Shown: piece by piece, positions 1 to 12,025 of the stretch
Position numbering within the stretch: the first letter of the stretch is position 1
Layout: every line of letters starts with the position of its first letter
Origin: Octopus vulgaris
Lineage: Eukaryota
Assembly: GCA_951406725.2 (NCBI GenBank)
Contig: OX597817.1
Coordinates: 162,502,001-162,566,000, forward strand
DNA: 64,000 bases
Reading direction: 5' to 3'
Made by a program: the position numbers and the translations under genes
The notes under the pieces: generated by a model
Told to the model about the DNA's origin: nothing
The model's input: only the letters and a program-made list of their open reading frames with translations
Database searches by the model: none

Positions 1-116
1 CTCCCTAGACACAACAAATTTGTTTCAAACACATGAATTGTCATAAAGAAGCTTGCAAACCAGATACAAAAACTAAGTGTGCATACAAATACATATAGTG
101 TATTAAATAAACATTA

Positions 117-545
117 TTCTTTTACTCTTTTACTTGTTTCAGTCATTTGACTGCAGCCAAGCTGGAGCACCGCCTTTAGTCGAGCAAATCGAGCCCAGGA
201 ATTATTCTTTGGAAGCCTAGTACTTACTCTATCAGTCTCTTTTGCCAAACCGCTAAGTTATGGGGATATATTTTCTTTACTACCCACAAGGGCCAAACAC
301 AGAGGGGACAGACAAAGGGATTAAGTCGTACATCGACCCCAGTGCGTAACTGGCACTTAATTTATCGACCCCGAAAGGATGAAAGGCAAAGTCGACCTCG
401 GCGGAATTTGAACTCGGAACGCAACGACAGACGAAATCGGCTACGAGCCCGGCGTGCTAACGTTTCTGCCAGCTCGCCGCCTTTTGGGATATAAACACAC
501 CAGCATCAGTTGTCAAGCGATGTTAGGGGGGGGGTACAAGCACGG

Positions 546-629
<84 letters not shown>

Positions 630-786
630 CGGGCTTCGTTCAGTTTCCGTCTACCAAATCCACTCATAAGGCTTTGGTCGGCCCGCAGCTATAGTAGAAG
701 ACACTTGCCCATGGTGCTACGCAGTGGGACTGAACCTGGAACCATGTGGTTGATAAGCAAACTACTTACCACACAGCCTCTCCTGC
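117..786 (-). mobile_element. tRNA-derived CORE-type SINE (family B) with a nested family A SINE at ~271-482
   Basis: Reverse complement of the recurrent head GGCGCAGGAGTGGCTGTGTGGTAAG, CORE-like GGCACCTTGGGCAAGTGTCTT, internal (TA)/(TG) tract and GACTGAAACAAGTAAAAGAG tail; nested copy flanked by GGGATATA duplication. Confidence 0.85.
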
Positions 787-890
787 TGATAACACACAGC
801 ATATGTCATTATATATGTTTCCATAATCATTTACAGATTATCTTCATCAGATGAAAAATATCAAAATATAAAATCGACTGAGATTATTAC

Positions 891-936
891 CAAAGGATAA
901 TACCACAACAAAGCAGAGCTAAAAATACAGCATAGT
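891..936 (-). CDS. candidate 46-nt internal exon (YAVFLALLCCGIIL or LCCIFSSALLWYYPL frame), product unknown
   Basis: Polypyrimidine acceptor tatatttcttcttag and donor TG|GTAATA in non-repeat sequence; two frames open; no homology recognised. Confidence 0.2.
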
Positions 937-1919
937 CTAAGAAGAAATATACAGATAAAATATGTTGGTAAAAATATATATACAGGTACGGCTACATGGC
1001 TAAAGGATCTCACTTTGCAATCATAGGTTCAATCTCACTGCACAGCACCTTGGGCAAGTATCTTCTGCTATAGCTCCATAGCAATCAATGCCATGTGAAT
1101 GAATATGGTAAATGGAAACTGTATGGAACCCCGTTATGTCAAAATAGACCTCACCAGTGCTGGTGTCACATGAAAAGCACCCAGTCCAATCTGTGAAGCA
1201 GTTGGTGATAGGAAGGACAACCAGCCATTAGAACCCATGTCAAAACAGTGCAGCTTGGTGCATTTCTCTGGCTCGCCAACTCCTGTCAAACCATCCAACC
1301 CATGCCAGTATGGAAAACAGACATTAAATGGTGATGGTGGTGGTGATGATGATGATGACGATGATGATGATGATAACAATGATGATGATGATGATGTGTG
1401 TGTTTATGTCTGTGTTTGTACCCCACCCACTGCCTGGCAATTGGTGTTGGTTTGTTTACATCCTCATAACAGCAAAACAGATCTGATACAATGAGTACCA
1501 GACTTTAAAAAAATCATAAATACCATCCCTTTAATGTCCATGTTCTAAGCTAGTGTGAGCTGGACAATTTAACAGGAGCTAGCCAGGCTCCAATTGTCTG
1601 TTTTGTCAGGGTTTCTATGGTTGGGTGCCCTTCCTAACACCAACCACTTCACAGAGTATTCTGTGTACTTTGTGTTTGTGTCTGTCCCTACCACTGCTTA
1701 ATAACTAGTGTAAGTACTGGGGTCAGTTTGTTCGACCAAGCCCTTCAAGGTGGTGCCCAAGCATGGCTGCAGTCTAATAGCTTAAAGTAAAAGATGAAAA
1801 ATAGAAGAAAGAATTCTAAAAACTTGTTTTGGTTGCCTTTTACAACAGGCACGGGAAATGGCCTGTTCCTTGTCATGTGAGGCTCCACACAGCAACAGCG
1901 TAATACAATAAATATAATA

Positions 1920-2037
1920 ACACAATGTGATGAAATACTAGCCTATTGTACATAACATGATATGATGAAATACTAACTTATTTCATGAAACACAATATGA
2001 TGAAATAGTAACATAGATAACACCATATGATGAAATC
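1920..2037. repeat. degenerate minisatellite, 4 x ~30-35 bp (ACACAATATGATGAAATA core)
   Basis: Four consecutive diverged copies. Confidence 0.7.
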
Positions 2038-2184
2038 CTTTATCTTTAAACTTCCTTCATTTGCTTAACTCAGGGCTTGATAATTTGGGGCCTTTTATCT
2101 TGCAGCCCACTTGATACTATCTTGAAGTAATTGTGTTTAATTTCAAAATAAAATTTTTAAGTGGCAATAAAACAATAGCCTACA

Positions 2185-2800
2185 AAGTAGCTTGCTTACC
2201 AAGCACATGGTTCCGGGTTCAGTCCCATTGCGTAGCACCTCGGGAAAATGTCTTCTACTATAGCCTCAGGCTGAAAAAAGCCTTGTGAGTGGATTTGGTA
2301 GATAGAAACTGAAAGGCAGCGAGCTGGCAGAAACATTAGCACGCAGGGAAAAAATGCTTAGCAGTATTTCGTCTGTCATTATGTTCTGAGTTCAAATTCC
2401 ACCGAGGTCAACTTTGCCTTTCATCCTTTTGGGGTCGATAAATTAAGTACTAGTTATGCACTGGAGTCAATGTAATCGACTTAATCCATTTGTCTGTCTT
2501 TGCTTGTCCCCTCTGTGTTTAGCCCCTTGTGGGCAATAAAGAAATAAGAAACTAAAAGAGGCCCGTCATATATATATGTATGTGTGTGTATATGTTTGTA
2601 TGTCTGTATTTGTCACTGCAATATTGCTTGACAACCAATGCTAATGCGTTTATGTCCCCATAACTTAGTGGTTCAGCAAAAGAGACTGATAAGATAAGTA
2701 CTAGGCTGACAAAGAATAAGTCCTGGGGTAAATTTGTTTGACTAAAGGTGGTGCTCCAGCATGGCCGCAGCCAGATGACTGAAACGAGCAAAAGCATAAA
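2185..2800 (+). mobile_element. SINE family B with nested family A SINE (~2314-2547)
   Basis: Family B body interrupted at GAAACTGAAAG by GGCAGCGAGCTGGCAGAA...CAATAAAGAAATAA; GAAACT duplicated. Confidence 0.85.
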
Positions 2801-3015
2801 AGAAAAAAGAATAAAGAAAAAATACGAAAAATCCTTGATTCTGTAATTTGATTATTTAACTATTAGTGTATAAAGTATACAAGCGGCCCTCAAAAAACTT
2901 TCTGTGGTTAAAGTGGCCCACAATTTAATTCAAGTTGGCTAGGCCTGGTTTAACTGCACCCATGCTAGTGTACTATGCTGAAGGGTTTAGTTCAACAAAT
3001 TAACTCCAGTACTTA

Positions 3016-3421
3016 TCTATAATATAAATTGGACATGGGCGATCATTGTATTCTTTCTTGTCTTGAGGTTCACGGCCAAACAGCTGGGTGGATTCGCGTG
3101 TAAAATGGCACACATGTAGAGACAGGTGCATGATTGGAATGCAGTTTGTATTTTTTTCCTAATCCCTATACTTACCGAGAAAATCAATTAAAACCTTTTC
3201 TAATGGAATTTCCCTCTTTCTGCCATTAAAACAATCAGTAGCTTAGAAGCTGTTTTCTGACGGGGTGGGGTCAGGAAATTTTCATATAGTTGGAGGCTCC
3301 AATCGAAACAGGGGACCCGAAATGATAAGGTTGACAAAAGCTGTTATAGATTATACCTAACCAAAAACGATCACAGCCACATCATCCAAACAGACCGGGT
3401 GAAACTGGGCTTAGCTGCTAG
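3016..3421 (+). mobile_element. non-autonomous Helitron
   Basis: A|TCTATAATATAAA start, subterminal CCGGGTGAAACTGGG hairpin, CTAG|T end. Confidence 0.7.
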
Positions 3422-3759
3422 TTATCTTACAAGTCTGATGCTTGTTCAATTGGTTCTCTTTTGTCAAAGCACTAAGTTACAGAGACAGACAAACCCAAGA
3501 CTACATGTCAAACAGTGATGGGGGACAAACACAAACTCAGAGACACACGCTTGACAAAGATTAATAAGACAATGATAAGAAAGATTAAAAATGATTTTTA
3601 AAAATAATCACAACAGTAACATTATTGAGAATCGTATTTAAGACAAATATTTATTATCTTAGAAATGTAAAGAATGTAAGCATTGGTGTGACTGAAGCTT
3701 GTTTCCCAACCATGTGGTCTTGGGTTCAGCCCCACAGCACAGCACCTTGGGCTTGTACT

Positions 3760-4095
3760 TGTTCAGCAAATCAACCCCAGGACTTATTCTTTGTAAGCAT
3801 AGTACTTAGTCTATTGGTCTCTTTTACCGAACCGCTAAGTTACGGGGACGTAAACACACCAGCATTGGTTGTTAAGCGATGTCGGGGGGACAAACACAGA
3901 CACACAAACATACACACACACACATATATATACGACGGGCTTCTTTTAGTTTCCGTCTACCAAATCCACTCACAAGGCTTTGGTCAGCTTGAGGCTATAG
4001 TAGAAGACACTTGCCCAAGGTGCCATGCAGTGGGACTGAACCTGGAACCATGTGGTTGATAAGCAAGCTACTTACCACACAGCCACTCCTATACC
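3760..4095 (-). mobile_element. SINE family B
   Basis: Matches the other family B copies. Confidence 0.85.
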
Positions 4096-4109
4096 TATAT
4101 ATATAATTG

Positions 4110-4440
4110 CAGTTGTGATACCTGTGCCAGTGGCACGTAAAAAGCACCATCTGTACGTGGCCGATGCCAGTGCCGCCTTGACTGGCTTCCGTACCGGTGG
4201 CACATAAAAAGCACCAACTGATCGTGACTGTTGCGAGCCTCCCCTGGCACCTGTGCTGGTGGCACGTAAAAAGCACCCACTACACTCACAGAGTGGTGGC
4301 GTTAGGAAGGGCATCCAGCTGTAGAAACACTGCCAGATCAGACTGGACCCTGGTGCAGCCTCCTGGCTTCCCAAACCCCGGTCGAACCGTCCAACCCATG
4401 CTAGCATGGAAAACGGACGTTAAATGATGATGATGATGAT
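4110..4440 (+). mobile_element. SINE module family E with RTE-like body and (TGA)n tail
   Basis: Repeated GGCACGTAAAAAGCACC units, GGCGTTAGGAAGGGCATCCAGCTGTAGAAA, GGACGTTAAATGATGATGAT end; other copies at ~1150-1395, 46480-46790, 49310-49510, 60830-61090, 63885-64000. Confidence 0.8.
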
Positions 4441-5460
4441 ATATATACGATGGGGTGCTGAAAAGTTCCTGTCTTTCAGTAAAAGAAAATACAGGTGTAT
4501 CAGTTAATCATGGTTTTATTCAACATGTTGCCCACTCAGATCCACACACTTGTTGCAGTGGTCCTTCAATATTTTTAAGCCCTGTCAAAGATCTCAGACC
4601 TTTCGCAATACTCCTTAAAGTGCGTATTTGGATATGTATATATGTATATGAAAATATTTATTCATGGGTGGATATAAGTATAGGTTTTATTTGTACGTAT
4701 GAGTGCGCAGACATATATTTAAATATGTATATATGTGTATGCGAATGTTCCCTGATACAGTATATGAGATTGTATTAATATCTATGAGTATATGCGGATG
4801 TGCGGGTGAGTGTGTGTGTTAGTGTATAGACACTGCGGCCTGTACTGATTTGTCTATAAGCCATGCGATGACAGACATGCACTCTGCAATCTAGTGAATG
4901 TGTAGTGATGTGTCGGGGTTTACTCATGTGTGTGTGCATGTGTGTGTGGGTCTTTATGTGGACGTGTGGGTTTAGGGTTGGATGTGGATGTGTATGTTTT
5001 TCTTGAGCGGTGTGGGGGCAGCTCTCAACGGACCAACCATGAGGAAGACAATGATAATTTAAATTCAAATCCAATAGTGTATTTATGATATAAGGAAAAT
5101 TACTAAATGGAACCCGGACATACATATGTGCCACTTTGGATCCTAACGTAAGCGATATTAACAATATTATGAATGATAATGATGGTAGCATTAATGGTAT
5201 TGACAACGATAATGATGCTAACTTTAATGACACTTTGGAAATTAGTAGGAAGTAATATAATGTACGATTGACTATGTATATTTGCATCTAGGTACTAATA
5301 TGTGTATGTTTATTATCACAATATTAAGTTGAAAAACTGAAACATTGAATGTGGAACATATATATGTTTACTAATTTATATTATTTATTTACATTATTAT
5401 GTATATGTATATTTTTATATGTATAGGAGTGTGAGTATATGCACTCATTTGTATATGTAT

Positions 5461-5587
5461 ATCTCCAAAGAGGCCTTATGATATTTTTGTAAATGTCTCA
5501 TTTATATCCATATATTGACCTACCATAAAAGGCTAATATTGGTAAAATGAGACATACTTATCTACATGGCCAAAACAGCTGTAAGAT
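5461..5587 (+). ncRNA. degenerate Penelope-type hammerhead ribozyme relic
   Basis: ATCT-CCAAAGA-GGCC-[~90 nt]-GGCC-AAAA-CAGCTG-TA-AGAT follows stem I / CUGANGA / stem II / GAAA / palindromic stem III / GUA / stem I, with both core boxes mutated; AATAAA downstream at ~5762. Confidence 0.5.
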
Positions 5588-5833
5588 GTAATCTATACTT
5601 ATATTTATATTTACTTATATTTATATTCTCTTTTTTATATATATTCTACTTATTATACAACATTACTCTTTTATGTACACTTTTTTATGTACATTCTTTT
5701 GTGTACACTGATTTGTTCTGCTTTTTTATGTTTAACCCTACAGTCTCTTATGTGGTGGTTTAATAAAGTATGTGATTGAGTATTATCTGATAATTGATAT
5801 TTGATTTAGATGTATTTCTCCATTTTCTTATCT

Positions 5834-5869
<36 letters not shown>

Positions 5870-6083
5870 CGTTGCCAGAGCACGTAAAAGGGTATTATCA
5901 ATTTTTTTAACAATCTAAGTATGTCACAAGGTTTCTAGACACGAGTTCTACTCAGGTGTCAAGTTTCATCAAAATCAATAAAACGATGTAGCTAACAACG
6001 CCACAAAAACATACACAACAATTTTCCAGCCTTAGTCAAACCGTCCAGCCCGTGCCAGCATGGACAACAGACTTATGATGATG

Positions 6084-6115
<32 letters not shown>

Positions 6116-6119
<4 letters not shown>

Positions 6120-6246
6120 GTTCTGTATAAAGGTTTCTGAAGATTTGGCAATGTTTTCATTGTGTAATTTACAGTTTTTGGTTTATGAAATGTACGTAAG
6201 ATGGCGTAACTAAATGTCTTTTGTTTCATTATCTCTCTCTCTCTCT

Positions 6247-6286
<40 letters not shown>

Positions 6287-6392
6287 CATCTTACGTACAT
6301 TTCATAAACCAAAAACTGTAAATTACACAATGAAAACATTGCCAAATGTTTATACAGAAACCTTTATAAAGAAACCTTTATACAGAACATTA
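6116..6392. repeat. ~90-bp inverted repeat pair around (CT)n(TA)n
   Basis: 6116-6208 is the reverse complement of 6282-6392 apart from a short internal duplication. Confidence 0.85.
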
Positions 6393-6604
6393 CTAAATTG
6401 TTGGATTATTGAAAGAAGTAACCATATCTTTTGGAAGGCTATTTCTGCCCAAAAAGTTCAACAATCTAGTTTATGAAAACTTGATAATATATTTCGATTA
6501 TGCAATTTAAACTATGTAACAAATGATGACGATGATGATGATGATATAACAAATAATTATTTTTTGTCAATGCAATACATGTAAGATGGTATAATTAAAT
6601 ATCT

Positions 6605-7035
6605 GGCGATCTTTCGTCTCTAGTAGACCTTTCCGTCGATTTCCGTAAAAAAATATTTTTTTTTACATATGGGCTTGCGGGAACTTTTGAAGTAATATAC
6701 ATACATATACACATACACCGAGTATAAAATTTCAGTTATCTCTTTCTTTCACACATTACTCTGTCTCTTCACACACACTAACAGAAGCACTTCAGTTACA
6801 CAACATACTGTCTGTCTCCCACACCCCATCAAACACACACACACACACACACACACATGTATATCAATGGTTGCCATGCACGGTAACTTCAAAAGAACTT
6901 CCCTCGTCATAAAATGGCTTTCTCTTAGTCTCTTTCGCTCTCATTACTTCAAAAGTTCCCGCAAGCCCATATGTAATAAAAAAAAAAAATTTTACGGAAA
7001 TCGACGGAAAGGTCTACTAGAGACGAAAGATTGCC
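6605..7035. mobile_element. Merlin-type MITE
   Basis: ~90-bp TIRs starting GG(C), perfect 8-bp TSD AAATATCT (6597-6604, 7036-7043). Confidence 0.85.
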
Positions 7036-7824
7036 AAATATCTTATAAACAATCTCTCATGTTTTATTTTAATTTTTACATGTACTCTGTGGCATTGATA
7101 TTAGTTTATCTTTGACTAACGTTATGAAAAACACTTGTACTGTTTGATAAAAGGAGAGGAACATGTGGACTTCCATACTTTTCATACTTTTATAATTCAC
7201 AGTTAATGTGCACAGAAGCCTGTTGGAATTTCACTAACTTTGTGTGTCTTGCTCATTTTCAAACTATATTTTGATGTAGATTTGTTAAAAAAAAATCTTG
7301 GTTAATTTTTACAATGCTGAAAAGAGTGTACATTCATGGAAAATCTCAAGAAAGACTGCATTTTTTATCTTGATCTTATACTTATTTCAGTCACTTGACT
7401 GCGGCTAGGGACTGCACCTTGAGGAATTTCAGTTGAGCGAACTGACCTCAAAAGTTATTTTTTAAAAACCTGTTACTTATTTTATCAGTCTCTTTTGCCG
7501 AATCACTAGGTGACAGGGACATAAATACACCACCACTCGTTGTCGAGCGGTGGTGGAGGACAAACACAAACACAAAGATACACACACACACACACACACA
7601 TACGATGCGCTTCTTTCAGTTTCCGTCAACTAATTTCACTTACAAGGCCCCACGCAATGAAACCAAACCCGAAACCACACAGTCACGCCTTTAAAACTAT
7701 TGTATGCACAGGACAAATGGAATCGCTGTGTTTCCAGTGTATTTTTTGCAGTGAATGGAAGAAGAATGGATAGTGAAGTCCAGTTCCAATCACAAAGACA
7801 AAGGATAAATATTGTTGATATTTG

Positions 7825-8380
7825 GGACGGAGGTAAAAAAAGGGTAAAATTTCTCTAATCTTTTACGGCTACATTTGCTATACGACATTCCTGTGCTATT
7901 CCCTTTGCTAAATCTTCTTTTGCCCAATAATATAATATATCAATAATTTGTTCACTGAGTTATTTTTGCTTTTTTTTCCTTGTGAAAATTCCGGGGGGGG
8001 GGGTAATACCCCCCCCCTTTCCGGAGCAATTCCGGACCAAAATATGGGATTTGCAGCATATTAGGAGGTCAGGGTACTTGATTCCACGCAAAAAATCTGA
8101 GTTTTTTTGTTTTGTTTTTTCCTTGTGAAAATTCCGGGGAGGGGGGGTGTTACCCCCCCCCCTTTTCCGGAGCAATTCCGGACCAAAATATGGGATTTGC
8201 AGCATATTAGGAGGTCAGGGTACTTGATTCCACGCAAAAAATCCGAGTTTTTTTTTGTGTTTTTTTTCTTAGTGAAAATCGTGCGGGTGTTAATCTGTAA
8301 TTTTACCAAAAATGCACACCACCCGTTTTCGGCGTAACCCTAACCCTAAACATCGGGTGTGCGTATTCTTTACCTTCACC
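7825..8380. mobile_element. Merlin-type non-autonomous element with internal ~145-bp tandem duplication
   Basis: GG..CC ends, imperfect ~15-bp TIR, perfect 8-bp TSD GATATTTG (7817-7824, 8381-8388), (CCCTAA)2 near right end. Confidence 0.7.
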
Positions 8381-8435
8381 GATATTTGGTATGATTAGGT
8401 AACTTTTTATCAAGTCAGAAATTTTTTTTTAAAAA

Positions 8436-8770
8436 GGTGTAGGAGTGGCTATGTTGTAAGTAGCTTGTTTACCAACCACATGGTTCCGGGTTCAGTCGCA
8501 CTGCGTGGCACCTTGGGCAAGTGTCTTGTGAGTGGATTTGGTAGACGGAAACTAAAAGAAACCCGTCGTATATATGTGTGTGTGTGTGTGTGTTTGTGTG
8601 TCTGTGTTTGTCACCCCCCCTCCCAACATCGCTTGACGACCGATGCTGTTCGGCAAAAAAAAGACCGATAGAAAATAAGTACTAAGCTTACAAAGATTTG
8701 CTCGACTAAAGGCGGTGCTCCAGCATGGCCACAGTCAAATGACTGAAACAGGTAAAACAATAAAAGAGTA
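8436..8770 (+). mobile_element. SINE family B (internally deleted)
   Basis: Family B head, CORE-like segment and tail. Confidence 0.8.
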
Positions 8771-9236
8771 AATTGCTACTTCTTACTACTAAAGAATCCG
8801 CTTTTACTTTTCATAACAGTTTCTGATTTGCATTTCAAAGCATCTGATTGGATGTTCGTTGAAGTTGGCTGCAAAACTTGTTCAATTAAAAATTTATCGA
8901 GCGAAGCTGATAAAATACGAAGCCACAATTTTAAATGTAATAGTACAAATGGCCTAAATCTGAGCTGACAAATGCAAACTTTGTGGTAATTTTTATGAAT
9001 ACATCAAACTGAAAAGATGTTAAAAGTAAAACGATTCGTTATTTGATACCTAGTCGGAGGTGGTCAAGGATGAAAACGTGTGATATGCGTCTTCTTTAAC
9101 ACTGTTTTCAGTTCAATGAACTGCAGTTATGCTGGTCAATGACTATGACAGGTTTAGTTGATTAAATCAACCTTAGTAATCACTTTTAAGTTAGGAATTA
9201 TACTGTCGTTCCCTTATTACGGAGACATATATATAT

Positions 9237-9603
9237 GGAAGCACTCCGTCGGTTACGACGACGAGGGTTCCGGTTGATCCGATCAACGGAACAGCCTGCT
9301 CGTGAACAGCACTCCACAGACACGTGTACCTTTAACGTAGTTCTCGGGGATATTCAGCGTGACACAGAGAGTGACGAGGCCGGCCCCTTGAAATACAGGT
9401 ACAACAGAAACAGGAAGTAAGAGTGAGAGAAAGTTGTGGTGAAAGAGTACAGCAGGGATCACCACCATCCCCTGCCGGAGCCTCGTGGAGCTTTTAGGTG
9501 TTTTCGCTCAATAAACACTCACAACGCCCGGTCTGGGAATCGAAACCGCGATCCTACGACCGCGAGTCCGCTGCCCTAACCACTGGGCCCATTGCGCCTC
9601 CAC
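9237..9603 (-). mobile_element. young tRNA-derived SINE family C
   Basis: Head GTGGAGGCGCAATGG..CCAGTGGTTAGGG with B box GGTTTCGATTCC; TSD TACGGAGACA; near-identical to three other copies. Confidence 0.9.
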
Positions 9604-9935
9604 TACGGAGACAAACAGACACCGGCAGTGAAGCAATGAGAGTCGCACTGCGCGCGAGCGCACACAAACATTCATTCATACATACATGCATGCATGCATA
9701 CATACACACATACGACGGCTCTCGCACGATTCTCATCCACTAAATTCCCTCACAAGTTAATAAACGGTCCATGTTATAAAAGACACTTGGGCGAAATTTC
9801 GCCGACACTTGCACTCACGCAAGTCATGCCATTAAATGGATCGAATGGAAAATGTGTGTCTCTTCGCACTGCTAATTTCTTGTGATAAGAAGATATCCCT
9901 CTGCACGGTGTAGATATACCGTAAGTTTATATATC

Positions 9936-10128
9936 TATTTCTTTATTGCCCACAGGGGGCTAAACATAGAGGGGACAAACAAGGACAGACAAACGGATTA
10001 ATTCGATTACATCGACTCCAGTGCGTAACTGGTACTTAATTTATCGATCCCGAAAGGATGAAAGGCAAAGTCGACCTCGACGGAATTTGAACTTAGAACG
10101 TAACGGCAGGCGAAATACGGCTACGCAT
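9936..10128 (-). mobile_element. SINE family A, 5'-truncated
   Basis: GCCTTTCATCCTTTCGGG core (Meta-domain-like) and CAATAAAGAAATA tail. Confidence 0.85.
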
Positions 10129-10377
10129 TTATATATCACCACCACAACCGGGACAAAAATCGAATGCGTTGAAAACACCATAATTTTTAAGAAAAGTAAA
10201 TTATATCTATTTGCTGTTAATCGGTCTAACTCTTAACATTCGATAGATATACTTACGTATATTCTTAATATCCACGCATTATTGACATTAATCACGAATA
10301 TAAATCACAAAATATTTAGTGGATCCAGCAATGATCATAAGAATATCACACTTGATAGATGCTTTATTAGCACCTAC

Positions 10378-10419
10378 CAGACACTCTTCTATTTGTCGCT
10401 CCTTATCAATATTTTCCAT
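10378..10419 (-). CDS. candidate first coding segment MENIDKERQIEECL (exon 10378-10434), product unknown
   Basis: Acceptor tttttaccttgtcaatagcag|G, Kozak-like ACAACATGG, donor CTG|GTAGGT, non-repeat sequence. Confidence 0.45.
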
Positions 10420-11447
10420 GTTGTAGGAAAACACCTGCTATTGACAAGGTAAAAACTATTTTCTGGGAAGCACCAAAAAACACGAGACGACCACGGCCGA
10501 AACGGCTATGATCATAAGCTGATCTGAGGTAAACAACACACACACACACACATTACTGTTAGGAGATTAAGATATTCTCTTCATAATCACAAAATTGCGG
10601 GGACGATCCAGCAGCACAATTCTTCGGGTTTTCAAGTTTTTAGTGAGTGAAAAGAATCGGCTGGAGCCTGTCAGATGGCCTTGTACCTATACACACAAGG
10701 GTTCAGCCTTGTCACTCAGGACAATAAAATAGTACCAGTAATATAGATTAATCTAATCAGTGAGTAATTCTGTTGAATCGAACCATTGGAACACCGATTC
10801 GTTAAAATTTCTACATGGATATACAATACAAAGAGATAAAATGCGCAATAGTTAGTGCATTTTCCGGATGGTATTATATTTCTATAGAGTGCCTTTTTGG
10901 TCTTTATATCTCGGCTACGTCTCGGTGCGTGTGTAGAAAATATCAGAAGTGGTTGGTATGTGAAGTGTTGTGGCTAAAATATAACCTAGAAGGAGACATA
11001 TTACAGGGGAGATGTTGGATCATAAGGTACTGACACAAGAAATACATAGGAATTGAGTAAAATATCGAAAGTTGAAGGGCGAGAGATTAGAAACGGGGAC
11101 AGTTTGGTGGAAACAGTTATGAGGAAAGGAGTGAGTAAAAAAGGTGAGGTGGAAAAGGACAGATATGTGAGAGAGAGAAACTAAGTCATTAGCGAAGTAG
11201 CGGAAGAAAGAAAGGGAGGGGAAAAATTAGGGAAACAATTAAGAAGCATGTATATTGACATAAAAAGTGGAGCGTGATTTTATTAGGGTCGCAAAACATC
11301 AATAAATTATTAAATCAATAAAAGATGTGACGCTTTTCTGTGAACAAATGTTATATTTTGAATAGGAGAGATTTTTGTTTCTCTTTTGTACTTTTCTGGG
11401 ATTGTCTGGGTTTTTTTTAGTACTTTTATGCGGGAGTCATACACTCT

Positions 11448-11481
<34 letters not shown>

Positions 11482-11872
11482 TCCTATCTATCTGTGAGTG
11501 TGTGAATTAAGACAGCGATGTTTACAGAATGATATTAAAGAGAGCAGTATATGAGGAAAGAAACATAATCTTTGACAGAAAAAGATCTCTATCTTTGTCT
11601 GTCTTTCTTTTATCGCTCTCTTGATTCACACACGGATAGATAGATAGATTAAAAGAGGGAAATGGAGGATATGCTCCATTACGTGTATTATTGGATGAAG
11701 GAGAAAAAAAAAAGGAAAGATTATCAAAATTGATCTAAAGGACGAAGTGAGAAGATGGAAATGTAACAGACGACAGACGGAAGCCCCAATTCATCAAGAT
11801 AATTTAGAGAAAGAAATAGAGAAAGGAACTAACAATCAAACAAAACCAGAGGAAAATAAAATAGTTACTTAC

Positions 11873-12000
11873 GAAGATGAAGATATTAGAAGTTCCGAGG
11901 AGACTCGTAACTAAAAGATAAGACCGAAAATAAAAGCATAGCCGCCACCCTGAGGATGGCTGGAAGCGAAATAAAGTGTAATTCGACGACGCTCCAAGTA
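11873..12000 (-). other. candidate non-coding first exon (5' boundary approximate)
   Basis: CpG-retaining unique sequence ending in donor TTC|GTAAGT, just downstream of an NRF1-like motif. Confidence 0.35.
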
Positions 12001-12015
12001 AAGTGCGATCAGTTG

Positions 12016-12025
12016 TGCGCATGCG
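12016..12025. promoter_or_regulatory. NRF1-type palindromic motif TGCGCATGCG, putative promoter
   Basis: Consensus match in a CpG-containing unique stretch. Confidence 0.45.

Noticed and set aside
1920-2037. CRISPR-like repeat-spacer pattern
   Set aside because: Degenerate repeats, short related spacers, eukaryotic context, no cas genes.
8820-8968. Plus-strand terminal exon SDLHFKASDWMFVEVGC..
   Set aside because: Both strands have open frames, no homology, and it conflicts with the minus-strand gene model.
11948-11985. Possible hammerhead CTGAGGA..GCGAAA
   Set aside because: No stem I complementarity and poor stem III.
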